Shown: positions 43,601-48,735 of the stretch, piece by piece | Layout: every line of letters begins with the position of its first letter | How positions within the stretch are numbered: position 1 is the first letter of the stretch | IMG/VR virus record: IMGVR_UViG_3300031857_000038 | Location: 1-64,000 of that record | Reading direction: 5' to 3' (one strand) | DNA from: a virus | Length of the DNA stretch: 64,000 bases | Notes under the pieces: generated by a model | The model's database searches: none | The model's input: only the letters and a program-made list of their open reading frames with translations | What the model was told of the DNA's origin: nothing | Made by a program: the position numbers and the translations under genes

Positions 43601-45331
43601 GTAGGGGGAACTCCTTTTGTAGTGTCTGATGATACTGGGTCAATGTCACTGTTGGCAAACGGATTGACGGTTGCGCCTATCGCAAATATCAGTAATAGTT
43701 TGACTCCGCCGATAGCTATTAGCAACGCAACAAGCACAACCGCAGGATCTCCTAATCAAATCACAGCAGATAGCACTACTGGATTTATCGTAAATCAACC
43801 AGTTCAGTTCTTTGGCACATCATTTGACGCCAACATTAGAACAGACGGTGTTGTATACTTTATTAGAAGTATTGTTAATAGCACTACGTTTACTATTAAA
43901 GACGCTGCCGGTACCCAAATTGTGACTGTTGGTGGTTCAGGCAATATGCAAGTTGTAGTGGGCGGACAGCCCAGTGTGCGTGTAACTACCTCAATTGAGC
44001 ATAAGTTTGTAGAAAATACGTTAATTAGAATTGACGGTACAACTGGTTCAGTTCAGCTTAATAATAACACATATTATGCTAAGATCATTGACCCACTCAC
44101 ATTTGATATCTATAATAGTCCATATGATTCTTCAATTACTGCGGTAAATGATCCCGTAACTACTATTGAAGCGTATATCAGTGGCGGCTATACATGGCGT
44201 CAGGGTCTATTCTTCATCAGCACTACTACAGCCACTGCTACTACTGAAGCATCACCCGATGACGATTATATAACTGTAGCTTCTACTGACGGTCTGGTTT
44301 CTGGAACTCCAGTATACTTCAGTGAAATTGAAACATCAAACACTGATATTAACGGAGATCCTACTCCGCTAATGGGAGGCTTAACACAGGGTACACTGTA
44401 TTATGTGAAGGACATTGTTAACTCTACTAGATTCACTGTGTCTTCAGTGAGATATGGTCCTGCTGTTAGCTTAACCGACGATTCCGGAAGAATCAACGTA
44501 ACTCAGTGGTCACAAGAAAATGTTGATAGAATGTATGTAACAATCAACGGCTATCGTGTTCCGTCATCTAAGCTCAAAGTCAATGACTTCAACGAAGTCA
44601 GCATTTTGTCAGAGATTGTCCCCGGTGATAGAGTCATTATCTCAAGTATGATACCAACTGCAACTCCTAATGAGGAAATATACATCAATTTTGTTAACAA
44701 TGTTGGGGACGCTGAAGTTTACAGAACCAGTCCAGAAATTACAACTTGGGTAACCGAAACTGTATATCCTTTAGCAACAGAAATCTTAGTCAACGATGTT
44801 ACTAAGCTAACTCGCCAGATAGTGCAGGAAGTCACAACTCCAGCTCCAGCTATTGCTGACGGATTCTACTATATAGGATTAACCGCAGACAAGAACTTGA
44901 TTGCTAATGTTAGAATCTTCAACAAGACTACACTAAACTTCATACCACAAGAAGCAATCAGTGTTGCTCTTATTGATTTGTCTCCTAATGTTAAGATTGC
45001 GCCCGGAGTCTACATTACGGAGGACGATGAGTTGACTATCACTACCCTAGAAGGTAACTTAGTCTATATCAACGGCGAACAGATTAGATTCAATAAGGTA
45101 GACTTTGATACTAATGCGTTGCAAGAAATTAGTAGAGGCGTGAACGGTACTGGTACACAAACTATCATACCTGCTTACTCTCCTGCATATGGACTGTTGT
45201 CGATAAATCAACTACCTAATGTGTTCTATGATCAGACTTGGAATTCCAACAAATATAACACCGTTGAAGGGGATCCGTTGCAGATTAGCGACACTATTCC
45301 TGCTCAATTCCTAATTGATCCGGCTAATTAA
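25673..45331 (+). CDS. giant (6552 aa) virion structural protein at the gp7-like position, with many beta-rich repeats
   Basis: Uninterrupted 19.7-kb ORF after gp6; EVKPYH motif; ~15 GxxYYV...F.(I/V)S repeats; FG-GAP-like (FG..........IGAP) and S.DG..W propeller-like repeats. Confidence 0.8.
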   Translation: MARIRTLNFLPEIFQTPTNSQFLSATLDRLVSNPSSTRVQGYVGSRFGSGINALDYYVTEPTKTRADYQLDPSVVFTRAEEEIANDFITYPGIIDSLEQQGAVTGNNNRLFNSQIYSWDSFTNLDKLVNYYEYYWLPIGAPAVTVAPSTVFINQDYIVTDFANSYEISEVGSIIGTGTNPTISVIRGGTYRFEVNQNSQFWIQTEPGTSGFSPTQENLPTREVFGVDNNGAEVGIVTFNVPFKNAQDQFVFPGNNMVDVICNIPFDEVNGRNLYTINDIATGISYPGLDNIDGVTGLDGLRIMFYDTGVPDEQGYVASYYDETFYDVNDPFFTEPRTVTVGSTNASGNRLSMALGFTTDDLIPNQTVTFSGVLLGGIVEGQVYFVKDIINSTDFTISQDLQGDTVTVFTQSGANMIVNINQGQFQNGFNTVVSENFYRIQYLGDPDNPIIRLLPDGTIPNNEKISPRFGTEYISRSFYRNTIGVISMIPIITAPLDVLYYQDGTNPNKVGVIKINDSDLDNFINIETEILGKTTYTSPNGVQFTNGLKVQFDGNVFPNSYRSGEYYVEGVGTAIELVPVSELIVPEKFSRGDFIPYDTVGYDDTGYDIELFVPVDPDYITIARNSISKNAWSRSNRWFHIDVINATAQYNDNPNILTEYATLDNKAKRPIIEFYPNLKMFDAGTQGKRPVDFFDTRATDALSQVAGLANYYPDVETYTSNTAVVASTPNTVVGVASMLQGNTYELVNVSGTLQTSWNDLAGTLGVTYFPGDKIVCAKDGNDLLVPGTGTGRLIYDEATITVPSSDVTGIFQIGMYVGDVLDIIPTNAQIINLTDDGTTTTLTISYPFPQDIVGGTTSIVGTDTTVSNYAVFPGSRIIFSNDTDEGTKHKIYVVDIVVTTLGGSPQIVLIEAEDTNVEVDQQVVITRGFNEQGKTFYFDGIEWLQAQQKVTVNQAPLFDAFDDNGISFSDSTVYNSTSFTGTTLFSYGINPLTVDDPILGFPVRFTDVGNIGDISFDVTINSDTFNYVRGIESITQKVNTGYVHNYISRINFTRELGWVTAVENSVQYQEFNFRYNIANPTTQFVCDVAALPELPVDVKGWPRVKVYNNNTYLEPTDYTVELFDTVTRITLNTVPDVDTVIQVLLLSDQVSQSGFYQIPDNLNSNPFNEDLTVADLGDIRNHYQDIFVNAPNTTGDIFGSNNYRDCGDLTPYGTKIIQNSASMVLPGVFLRKTKYDLLNALMFNGNEYVKFKQLLVDTVQNAQFTIRNTPAEILDEAIELIAASKSEISSFYWSDMLPNRSPLAVNTYNFNSNTDVTRYPLNKVYNFESANYDSVLVYLNRTVNNNLVQRQLLRNVDYTISADSPTVTVTLDLVPGDQIIVKEYNQTYGSYVPYTPSKLGLYDLYEPSVVLDSNYSTPTYFIKGHDGSYTKLYGTYVPQTNTLLDFRDQALLEFEKRVYNNVKLSTEVPIKLYDVLPGFFRDSDYSYDEWLQMYSTNFLNWVGQNRIDYKTQFFNRNNEFTYNYTNSSNKLDNSQILQGYWRGAYQYLYDTTTPNLTPWEMLGFANKPTWWEERYGPAPYTSDNLVLWGDLEAGRVYSADGTSVIVPELARPGLLEIIPVNSNGELLSPLISIVGNYNPNTFQKDWKVGDDGPAELSYRRSSTYPFDVIKLFAMTKPAEFYNLAVDLDNYKYNAEFNQYLVNNRDHLIISDVQIYGDGIAKTSYINWIVDYEKQFGVDATHEIKETLNNLDVRLAYRLAGYSDKTLLKFYVEKGSPNTANASLLIPDESYQVLLYDNQPFDKVVFSSVIIQKTVQGGFTVFGNSQSFAYFRIKAPVNNGRSEFVTVLEKTVKLATDYSAKEVLVPYGTTFYSIQEVAQFLMSYNAYLKDKGMKFNEVEAGTEVNWELMVKQFMYWTQMGWEDGSLITLNPAATDLVFDKEGSIVQPLTIQQQNFILNQDLYPIQINTLCVNRDGTLFKLHTLNEGDSMAFAQFNVSNFEHGIVFNNTTLFNDVIYNLVTGLRQNRITLRGTKTSEWNGTVDAWGFIINQNNVKEWSKDIKYPKGSIVLHKNKYYAALRLSEPTTTFTDLDWKLINYEDVQKGLLPNSATRSFESTLYYNCNEANLEQDADLLSFSLIGYRPRDYLALADLTDITQINVYKNMIKNKGTVNAVTAFDGVNLPQGGIEYEVYENWAIKSGDYGGLLSQNFVEFRVDQNLLTGNPSIVSLTNGVYTEGAQQEVPIYSLFNYGDTITDPNVLAVTTDPYNNLYPSAGYANFNDVKMSSFYYGGLPNGVNKEGIVVPIQNFYVRDYLWLASFKEKWGIFSWSPIGEVVEVAANLNNTATVTFSKPHNLKNLDPIAIVNFSENVDGYYIVTQIVNLNQVIINLNVSGLESSGITGSGIGMLIYSQRVAQPGDINTLPLLEAEFTKNTVWVDENTDGGWAVYRKGINYARQGELSTTTSSTFGNSVAFTESAGYLVADSATGTVYRYYYKNANYDLAETITNDDSFGEKIVHNNNTFVISQPTTNPAVYVYSWNDTALANELLLAQTIAAPGGVTDWGSELAISGDGNWVYISDTLNTQVYVYRKNNQEFSAGYFVPTQTYVITELGTTDFTAIGAIENSVGITFEATGIGTGTGTAINTTYELVNIIENPDIVTAGSFVIGEEYKIVSLGNTDFTLVGAASNNVGVVFTATGIGAGTGTASAQSNSFGTAISTDFDSDCLFIGAPNKDYSVSVTNWGEVYFYQRSVQNFESTAVSTLTQPQFFALGWTPDTATKAVTATSDSTDRITLANVSGISVNDAITFEGTGLAGTDIIAYKTYYVAQVFPMSNAITIKESRSKANTDIVQLSTVSSISNATAHVQSELLLVNVNGRMVQDNNYAVVGSSLVYTGSLNAGDIVEVSGNDFYNVQTFNAASNSAINIQFGYDLDVTRQASELLIGSPFEIDSENREGLVYRFTNGGARFGIVAGENQCFLSTTRSILINGYQVTLAAGTAAAVANQIVNSRVPNITASATTDNKLIIQVVDPNLAEINNQLMVTAFDTATLDELGISVYSPTQVIPCPHKEGPTEFGKTIKFNQFDSVVIAAPAGPNFVATTFDFTDDENLDNDTVFDNNATRFVENYPNAGAVYMFDLLTNNNGSLSNPGAFVYAQPSNSANLDFVINPYYGEAVDFYDNVVIVGAPNQIINPSSVGQVTTFVNATGVRDWSEYRQSAPIVDINKIQNTQLFSASTNNTLINLDYMDPLQDKLLGAIRENIDYVSPEDPAKYNVDPLNVSANVWGSLQVGKIWFDTSTVRFVNYHQNDVVYNSEYWGTVFPGSDISVCTWVASNVLPGQYQGPGTPIDPTKYAVGSRLNASNIVTPVYYFWVRNSGLIVKEREKTLSDAVLASYIANPQSSGIAYMAPLLPNTFALYNSAEYINDIDSVFHIGFATNQDTDVPHNEFKLIRQNFPDDFLPGLMPGEEPFSLYARMLDSLSGTTISGEIVPNPFLPLAVQSGVLSRPRQSFFYNRFEALKNYLTYANAVLAQYPITEIKPDISFAFVSDEFYNTADYWEYINWWAPGYNNSTRAFAQVPLYADLAELTVNPGTLIKVDNNGSGSFEIYRYDGEGVWTRVGLENGTIAFSSALWEYAKFGLGYGNDFYDTIPYDDYPSEATRNIIRLLNEQIYTQELLIHRNKSLILLLEYIQTETIESQNYLPWLSKTSLMDVFHTVRELRPFEVFKSDNVEFLEGYINEVKPYHVVLKEFLIKYDGMEVYDGNITDFDVPATYNTNFDQYISPQLVFTDPDNEYQYDETSPIWSTAPYTQWYQNYGLSLTGQENYLITTLKSYMDLGSNVMLVDNASGFPSNGVIQIDQEIISYAFVDRNLNLLGGLSRGFNNSQVSEHIPDSDIFIDLPAVVVLDEGSGYTQVPRVTAYVDTALYPAPRTEAILQAVMSGGRVSSVQVIDPGEGYVVLPEIRIDSAYTIPFSDTDINASLNTININAPFLRTGEIVKFNSGTDGAKPTNLVDDSWYYVGVLESLPSVIIALYTNYSDAVKDQNRINIAPGLASNDMTLSPGARASTITSSAPTRENNITLRFDRTTYNSQVIDWESGTFYGAFFAGTYYNSDKISSSAITLENTEPDINTILASAQGVALQISDVTDEEELVWSAFTRYVSGTSSVDNSISLIPQDGNNPDLSELEPNASGTTIGFYIGMPIKFVGTIVGGLSEGVTYYVSEIIDEIKFSVSDTINGSTRVLNNGTVNARLLECYTGNINETVIVSVDYPGIIEATQTEGVINAITAPLSPVGTGGTIGFYTNLPVFFTGNVFGGIIENFNYYVTSVIDNQTFTISETPNPVTVTVTQTKASGNSLVVSTINGISRNDPIIITSLTGGLATSGIVAGRTYYVSQLINPTELTISEVVNGPVLSVASRVGTAVLTNQKDTVKLTNATGSMTMNVSLPVSPGQVDGQLFTLYKTSGQFTDITPSGANYSDLIERPIRATIGTVNKIAISENDGGTFNFYVNMPIQVLSNVGGLVTGTTYFVTEYSGMVDPLDSELTLPNIQVEVTNTSDIGNVLTCTVDLLRGFDGTDSLYEKMPITFQGTGLGGIVIDQEYYVKTIVSATQFTVSEVVDGPVKVLTLANGLMVGTGDPYITVSTSKGGSSVALTDDNSATSSFTQFITVDPVFDLSYLLGGYNAIISTPGEGFAISNTILIPGTAVDGTSPANDILLTVNTIDEDGGITSVIRSGTPPSVANQYYMQVRSANTLAVYKNSLLTIPATPAEFDYVGYTTATVTETQTSTDIITVNSTAEFAVNDAVVFTGDVTGGMNLGQTYYILDNGNFTATTLQISDTPGGSVIPLSTATSQNYSMAKLGSVAFLPEPFFFNQSIVRFNNRVYVCVVSNNDDEFIFGKWELLDSGDRRLNAMDRVIGYYQPTSNMPGVDLQQLFEGTTYPNPIYQGNNFDPNLQYGVDTILTPLPFYPSEVDISGIIWNGDNYLASANLPGYNAILTSEDGETWTINQLTNNNINTTSISQLNGFYFLTSANPTVPLLRSVNGVAWSAVSYFVPFGTTELELQNLAALNIPSLSLNDVAYCTTGDAWVSVGRNILRSEDGIVWRELTEFNPSLEYNLNAVSSVTGANCLGLVAVGKGKQPDYSTGVTQLVDVGLIFYSQNSVNWNQIQPLTSNGLYGVSSDGTTVIAVGERQVIYYTQNGFDWLGLNEVGCVFVDSINNYLNVTNTAGFTDGSLGTPVRFNNSFSTIVANTTYYVKEIISQTQVTLSSTLDGSVLTLSSASIPDNTRMFVYDASDPIPATLNDILYANSLWITVGNEGTIKTSTDGIVWETRTSNTTNNLDNVTYNEDQGVFVVVGENNTILTSADGISWEETSVFDPIVPVYDVKGANFQFGYAPEELVAGVVSDNLALIVNTRPGSNWPVVEYGHTGFNVNSIEVAPINATQLEYSFANLANVPVTLRVQVINGTTELGTTLSPDAYTIDWINKKIILDQAISFSPRLDKLRIDVYEAGNGDQLVKASTDTYPIITDSDFGFREINLSCNYSATIFEGGGALRPGTDNVNVRVFETESVTNRIFCDEVADFIINSPISFQGVPFGGLQEETVYYVKTISFATNAITVSTVFDSLTGIAGPTTELTDDTGEMFANIQNGVAAVWTDPLVEHNGEKLVFGGIGLVTRSKSSNNALTTGTTSGLIVGTPITFGQASFGVLVPFQRYYIQSIIDGNEFTISETQGGPVLAQDDFAGTTTFVTNDYSIGLRNGNKAKLVFANNTFTNDVDYISFSIFGETQPAQYGYAVPETQYYAGNGSTSLFQLANFVGLDNPQNAIVEVNGVRQTISQYTIDAIANTILFDSPPPANSVVAVTTYNDTLRQYLTSQYDITGNPGSSLLNLTVIETVNELGTYDQDAPVVQTYDQDTPVIVLYDEFLNYLTLGPGDDTSVLNVNDSLQFSAPTLGGIVAGQTYYVLQILNSTDFVISEEVGGTPFVVSDDTGSMSLLANGLTVAPIANISNSLTPPIAISNATSTTAGSPNQITADSTTGFIVNQPVQFFGTSFDANIRTDGVVYFIRSIVNSTTFTIKDAAGTQIVTVGGSGNMQVVVGGQPSVRVTTSIEHKFVENTLIRIDGTTGSVQLNNNTYYAKIIDPLTFDIYNSPYDSSITAVNDPVTTIEAYISGGYTWRQGLFFISTTTATATTEASPDDDYITVASTDGLVSGTPVYFSEIETSNTDINGDPTPLMGGLTQGTLYYVKDIVNSTRFTVSSVRYGPAVSLTDDSGRINVTQWSQENVDRMYVTINGYRVPSSKLKVNDFNEVSILSEIVPGDRVIISSMIPTATPNEEIYINFVNNVGDAEVYRTSPEITTWVTETVYPLATEILVNDVTKLTRQIVQEVTTPAPAIADGFYYIGLTADKNLIANVRIFNKTTLNFIPQEAISVALIDLSPNVKIAPGVYITEDDELTITTLEGNLVYINGEQIRFNKVDFDTNALQEISRGVNGTGTQTIIPAYSPAYGLLSINQLPNVFYDQTWNSNKYNTVEGDPLQISDTIPAQFLIDPAN

Positions 45332-45346
45332 GAGATAAATAAAGAA

Positions 45347-45493
45347 ATGAATACTAATATATCAACCAGTTCTACTAAAAAGGTTACTGAAAAAAAGCCC
45401 AACGAGATTGGTGGCTTCCACTTTTCCTCTGGAATTAAGATTTTTGATCCAGTAACGAAAGAAGTTCTTCTACAAAAGAGAGGCGACAACTAA
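45347..45493 (+). CDS. 48-aa protein resembling the N-terminus of the next gene; absent from the ORF track
   Basis: MNTNISTSSTKKVTEKKPNEIGGFHFSSGIKIFDPVTKEVLLQKRGDN; TAAATA 5 nt before the ATG; stop overlaps the next start (TAATG). Confidence 0.7.
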   Translation: MNTNISTSSTKKVTEKKPNEIGGFHFSSGIKIFDPVTKEVLLQKRGDN

Positions 45494-46113
45494 TGTCTAT
45501 CATCAACTTATCATATAAGGTAGAAGGCTTCCTCAAGATTTATGACCCTAACAACGGGGAAATTTTTGTAGATAAGAAAAACGCCATCAACTACGAGAAT
45601 ATGTCAGTAGCAATTGCTGATACATTGAGCAGTAGAGGATACGGTGAAATCTATCAGATGGCATTCGGTAATGGTGGAGCTAGTGTTGACCAAACTGGCG
45701 TAATCACATATCTGCCACCTAACGTAACTGGTCAAAATGCTGCATTGTACAATCAGACATATGCTAAAATTGTAGATGACACGAGCGTTTTCAATCTAGA
45801 TCCTACTAGAAACAAGATGACTGTCCTACATACAACAGGCACTGTGTACTCAGATATTCTAGTTCAATGTCTTCTAGACTACGGTGAGCCAGCTGGACAA
45901 GCAGCATTTGATAACAGTACTCAAACAGATTCAACATATGTATTTGATGAATTAGGACTATTAGCCAACTACGGTACAGATAACAATGGCAATGTAATAA
46001 CTAGATTGCTAACTCACGTTATCTTCCACCCAGTGCAAAAGTCGTTGAACAGACAAATACAAATTGACTACACAATTAGAATTCAAAGTTTAACTAATCT
46101 AGTAACTATTTAA
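45493..46113 (+). CDS. structural protein of the baseplate/fibre-attachment region
   Basis: 206 aa; M.FGNGG, LDYGEP, FDELGL and LLTHVIFHPVQKS.NR...I.YT.RI motifs; between the giant gene and the fibres. Confidence 0.65.
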   Translation: MSIINLSYKVEGFLKIYDPNNGEIFVDKKNAINYENMSVAIADTLSSRGYGEIYQMAFGNGGASVDQTGVITYLPPNVTGQNAALYNQTYAKIVDDTSVFNLDPTRNKMTVLHTTGTVYSDILVQCLLDYGEPAGQAAFDNSTQTDSTYVFDELGLLANYGTDNNGNVITRLLTHVIFHPVQKSLNRQIQIDYTIRIQSLTNLVTI

Positions 46114-46126
46114 GGGAGCGCAAGAA

Positions 46127-48367
46127 GTGTCGTATAGTATTTTCAGAACCAATGGTTCACTTTTAACAACTATTCCGGACGGTACGGTTAATACTACCAG
46201 CACTCCTTTAAGCTTGCCCGGTAGAAACTATGCCAGCTACGGTCAAATTGTAGATACCAACTTCGTTAGAGCATTAGAAAACTGGGCGGACACTGCTCCT
46301 CCTAGCAATGCTATGAAGGGACAACTATGGTATAACACAACTGCAAACATATTATATATTTGTCCTACAGACGGAGAAACTGATCCTGCTGATTGGGTAC
46401 CTATTCTAACACCAAATAATATTAGTAACATTTCAGTTGTAAACCTTACTGCATCAGCGAATATCACTGCAAATAACGCAGCTATAACCAACAATGCAAA
46501 CGCTAACGCCATCAGTACAAATTATCTAACAGTTAACGTTCAAGCAAACATTGCTAATGCAAATATTACTGGAAATGCAGTAATTGCAAACTTGCGAACA
46601 GCAAACCTAACAGCTGGCTCAAATACTACTACTGGTACTTTAACTGGAGCTTGGACAGTAAATGGCGACGCAACAGTTAGTAGCGTTGCAAACACTGCTT
46701 TGTATGTGACTGGTGGTAACCTAGTAGTTAGCACCGGAATAAAGACTAATAACTATCTATATGCTAACGGTGTCGCTGTATCATTTGACGGTACATATAC
46801 CAACAGTAACGTAGCAGCATATCTACCTACTTATGTAGGAAATGTAGGTGAGGCAGGTAATGCTACAGTGTTCAACGGTAGAACTCTATCTACCGGATCC
46901 AACGTAACTACCGGAAATATTATTGGTAACTGGACACTAACAGCCGGCTCACAGATTAACGGTCTATCAGGTATTGCAGGTGCAAACGTCACTGGTACAG
47001 TTGCTAATGCTACATACGCAGTAAGCGCGGGTACAGCAGGAAGTGCAACTACAGCAGGCACAGTAACAACAGCAGCACAGCCCAATATTACGAGCGTTGG
47101 CACACTAACCGGTCTTACTGTTTCTGGTAATGCAAACTTTACTGGACAATTGATAAGTTTGGGAGCTAACGGCAACGTATCTATAACAGGCGGTTCAGCA
47201 GGACAAGTATTGTCAACTGACGGCTCTGGAGGTCTAAGCTGGGTATCAGCCGCAGCAGCAGACACCGCAATCACTGTTACTGCTAATGCGCAGCCAAACA
47301 TTACTAGTACGGGAACTCTCACTGGATTAACAGTGTCAGGAAACGCATCCTTCAGTGGTGCAAACGTAAACTTAGGCTCCGTAGCAAATCTAAAGATTCA
47401 AGGCGGCTCTTCAGGACAAATATTAACATCACTTGGTGCTGGAAACGTAGCTTGGCAAACAACAGATCCCGTCATTCCATCTGGAACTAGAATGATATTT
47501 GCTCAGACAAACGCTCCGACCGGATGGGTAAAGGACACTTCATTTGACAACGCTGCACTAAGAGTTGTGTCAGGCACTGCTGGTTCAGGCGGCTCTGTCA
47601 ACTTTACGGCTGCATTTACTTCTCAATCAGTTACTGGTACAATAGATAATACTACCGCAGGCGGTACTGTAGGAAATGCTACTATTAGCGCAACCATCGG
47701 AGAAACTGCGGTTTCGGGTACTGTAGCAAATGCTACTGTGGGAGGAAGTGTTGGCACTAATACAATTAGCGCAAGCGTCGGAGAAACTGCGGTTTCCGGA
47801 TCAATTGGCACCACGGTTGCTAGCGGTACAGTAGGATCTACATCAATTAGTGCTAGTGTCGGAAGTACTGCGGTATCAGGAACAATTGGAGAAACTACTG
47901 TTTCTGGAACTACTTCTAGCAATCTCACCGGAATTACCCTAAACATTACTAACTCAGAGCAAATTGAGAACGAGCAAAATCAATTCTGGGTTTATCGTTA
48001 TGCAATAGATGATCCAGGACACAGTCACACGGTTTCTACAAGCCCTCACTCTCACTCGTTCTCGTCACCGTCTCACACCCACGATTTCACTCAGACGGCA
48101 CACACCCACACTTTTGCGGGTGCAGGCCACAACCACACATTTTCCTCACCAAATCACGCTCACTCGTTTACTCAAGCGGCTCACGGGCACACCTTCTCAG
48201 GCGACTCGCACAATCACTCATTTTCGTCACCGAATCACACGCACAGCTTTAGTCAGTCGGCGCACAATCACTCCTTCACTGGCTCTGCCCATAATCACAC
48301 ATTTTCGGGAACGGACATTAACTTAGCTGTTAAATATGTAGATACGATTATAGCAACAAAGAGTTAA
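46127..48367 (+). CDS. tail fibre with collar-like domain and His-rich metal-binding needle
   Basis: GTG start after SD AGGGAG; LENWA...PP.N...GQLWYNT N-terminus; two AQPNITS.GTLTGL repeats; IPSGT.M.F.Q..APTGW collar-like motif; 11 HxH motifs at 9-aa spacing. Confidence 0.85.
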   Translation: MSYSIFRTNGSLLTTIPDGTVNTTSTPLSLPGRNYASYGQIVDTNFVRALENWADTAPPSNAMKGQLWYNTTANILYICPTDGETDPADWVPILTPNNISNISVVNLTASANITANNAAITNNANANAISTNYLTVNVQANIANANITGNAVIANLRTANLTAGSNTTTGTLTGAWTVNGDATVSSVANTALYVTGGNLVVSTGIKTNNYLYANGVAVSFDGTYTNSNVAAYLPTYVGNVGEAGNATVFNGRTLSTGSNVTTGNIIGNWTLTAGSQINGLSGIAGANVTGTVANATYAVSAGTAGSATTAGTVTTAAQPNITSVGTLTGLTVSGNANFTGQLISLGANGNVSITGGSAGQVLSTDGSGGLSWVSAAAADTAITVTANAQPNITSTGTLTGLTVSGNASFSGANVNLGSVANLKIQGGSSGQILTSLGAGNVAWQTTDPVIPSGTRMIFAQTNAPTGWVKDTSFDNAALRVVSGTAGSGGSVNFTAAFTSQSVTGTIDNTTAGGTVGNATISATIGETAVSGTVANATVGGSVGTNTISASVGETAVSGSIGTTVASGTVGSTSISASVGSTAVSGTIGETTVSGTTSSNLTGITLNITNSEQIENEQNQFWVYRYAIDDPGHSHTVSTSPHSHSFSSPSHTHDFTQTAHTHTFAGAGHNHTFSSPNHAHSFTQAAHGHTFSGDSHNHSFSSPNHTHSFSQSAHNHSFTGSAHNHTFSGTDINLAVKYVDTIIATKS

Positions 48368-48373
48368 TGAAAT

Positions 48374-48706
48374 ATGAAATTAGAACCCGGAAAATTTTGT
48401 CCACTGATTAAAAAAGATTGCATAGGTCTTCAATGTTCGTGGTTTACTTTAGTAAGAGGTACGCATCCTCAAACAGGACAAGAAGTTGATGAATGGGGAT
48501 GTGCAGTAACGTGGATGCCGGTCTTAACGATTGATAACAGTCAACAACAAAGACAAACAGGCGCCGCAGTTGAAAGTTTTAGAAACGAAGTGATTAAGTC
48601 TGCTGAGAAAAGTCAACATTTGATAGCAGCAGACCTTCAGCATCGCATAGAAGAATCTAGAAGAATACAATCGTTACCCTATAACGATACAGCAAATAAT
48701 ACATGA
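48374..48706 (+). CDS. small Cys-rich fibre-associated hypothetical protein
   Basis: CPLIKKDCIGLQCSW...G.HPQTG..VDEWGC...GAAVESFRNE; lies between two fibre genes. Confidence 0.7.
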   Translation: MKLEPGKFCPLIKKDCIGLQCSWFTLVRGTHPQTGQEVDEWGCAVTWMPVLTIDNSQQQRQTGAAVESFRNEVIKSAEKSQHLIAADLQHRIEESRRIQSLPYNDTANNT

Positions 48707-48735
48707 TAAATATTCGTACACGGAGAAATTTTTAA

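Noticed and set aside
47620-48300. Possible CRISPR array or diversity-generating retroelement in the fibre repeats
   Set aside because: Repeats are degenerate, in frame and protein-coding; no spacers, no adenine-specific template/variable pair, and no reverse transcriptase or cas gene in the window.
48009-48326. Alternative-frame Arg/Thr-rich ORF over the His repeats
   Set aside because: By-product of the repetitive HxH coding sequence; no credible start or slippery site noticed.
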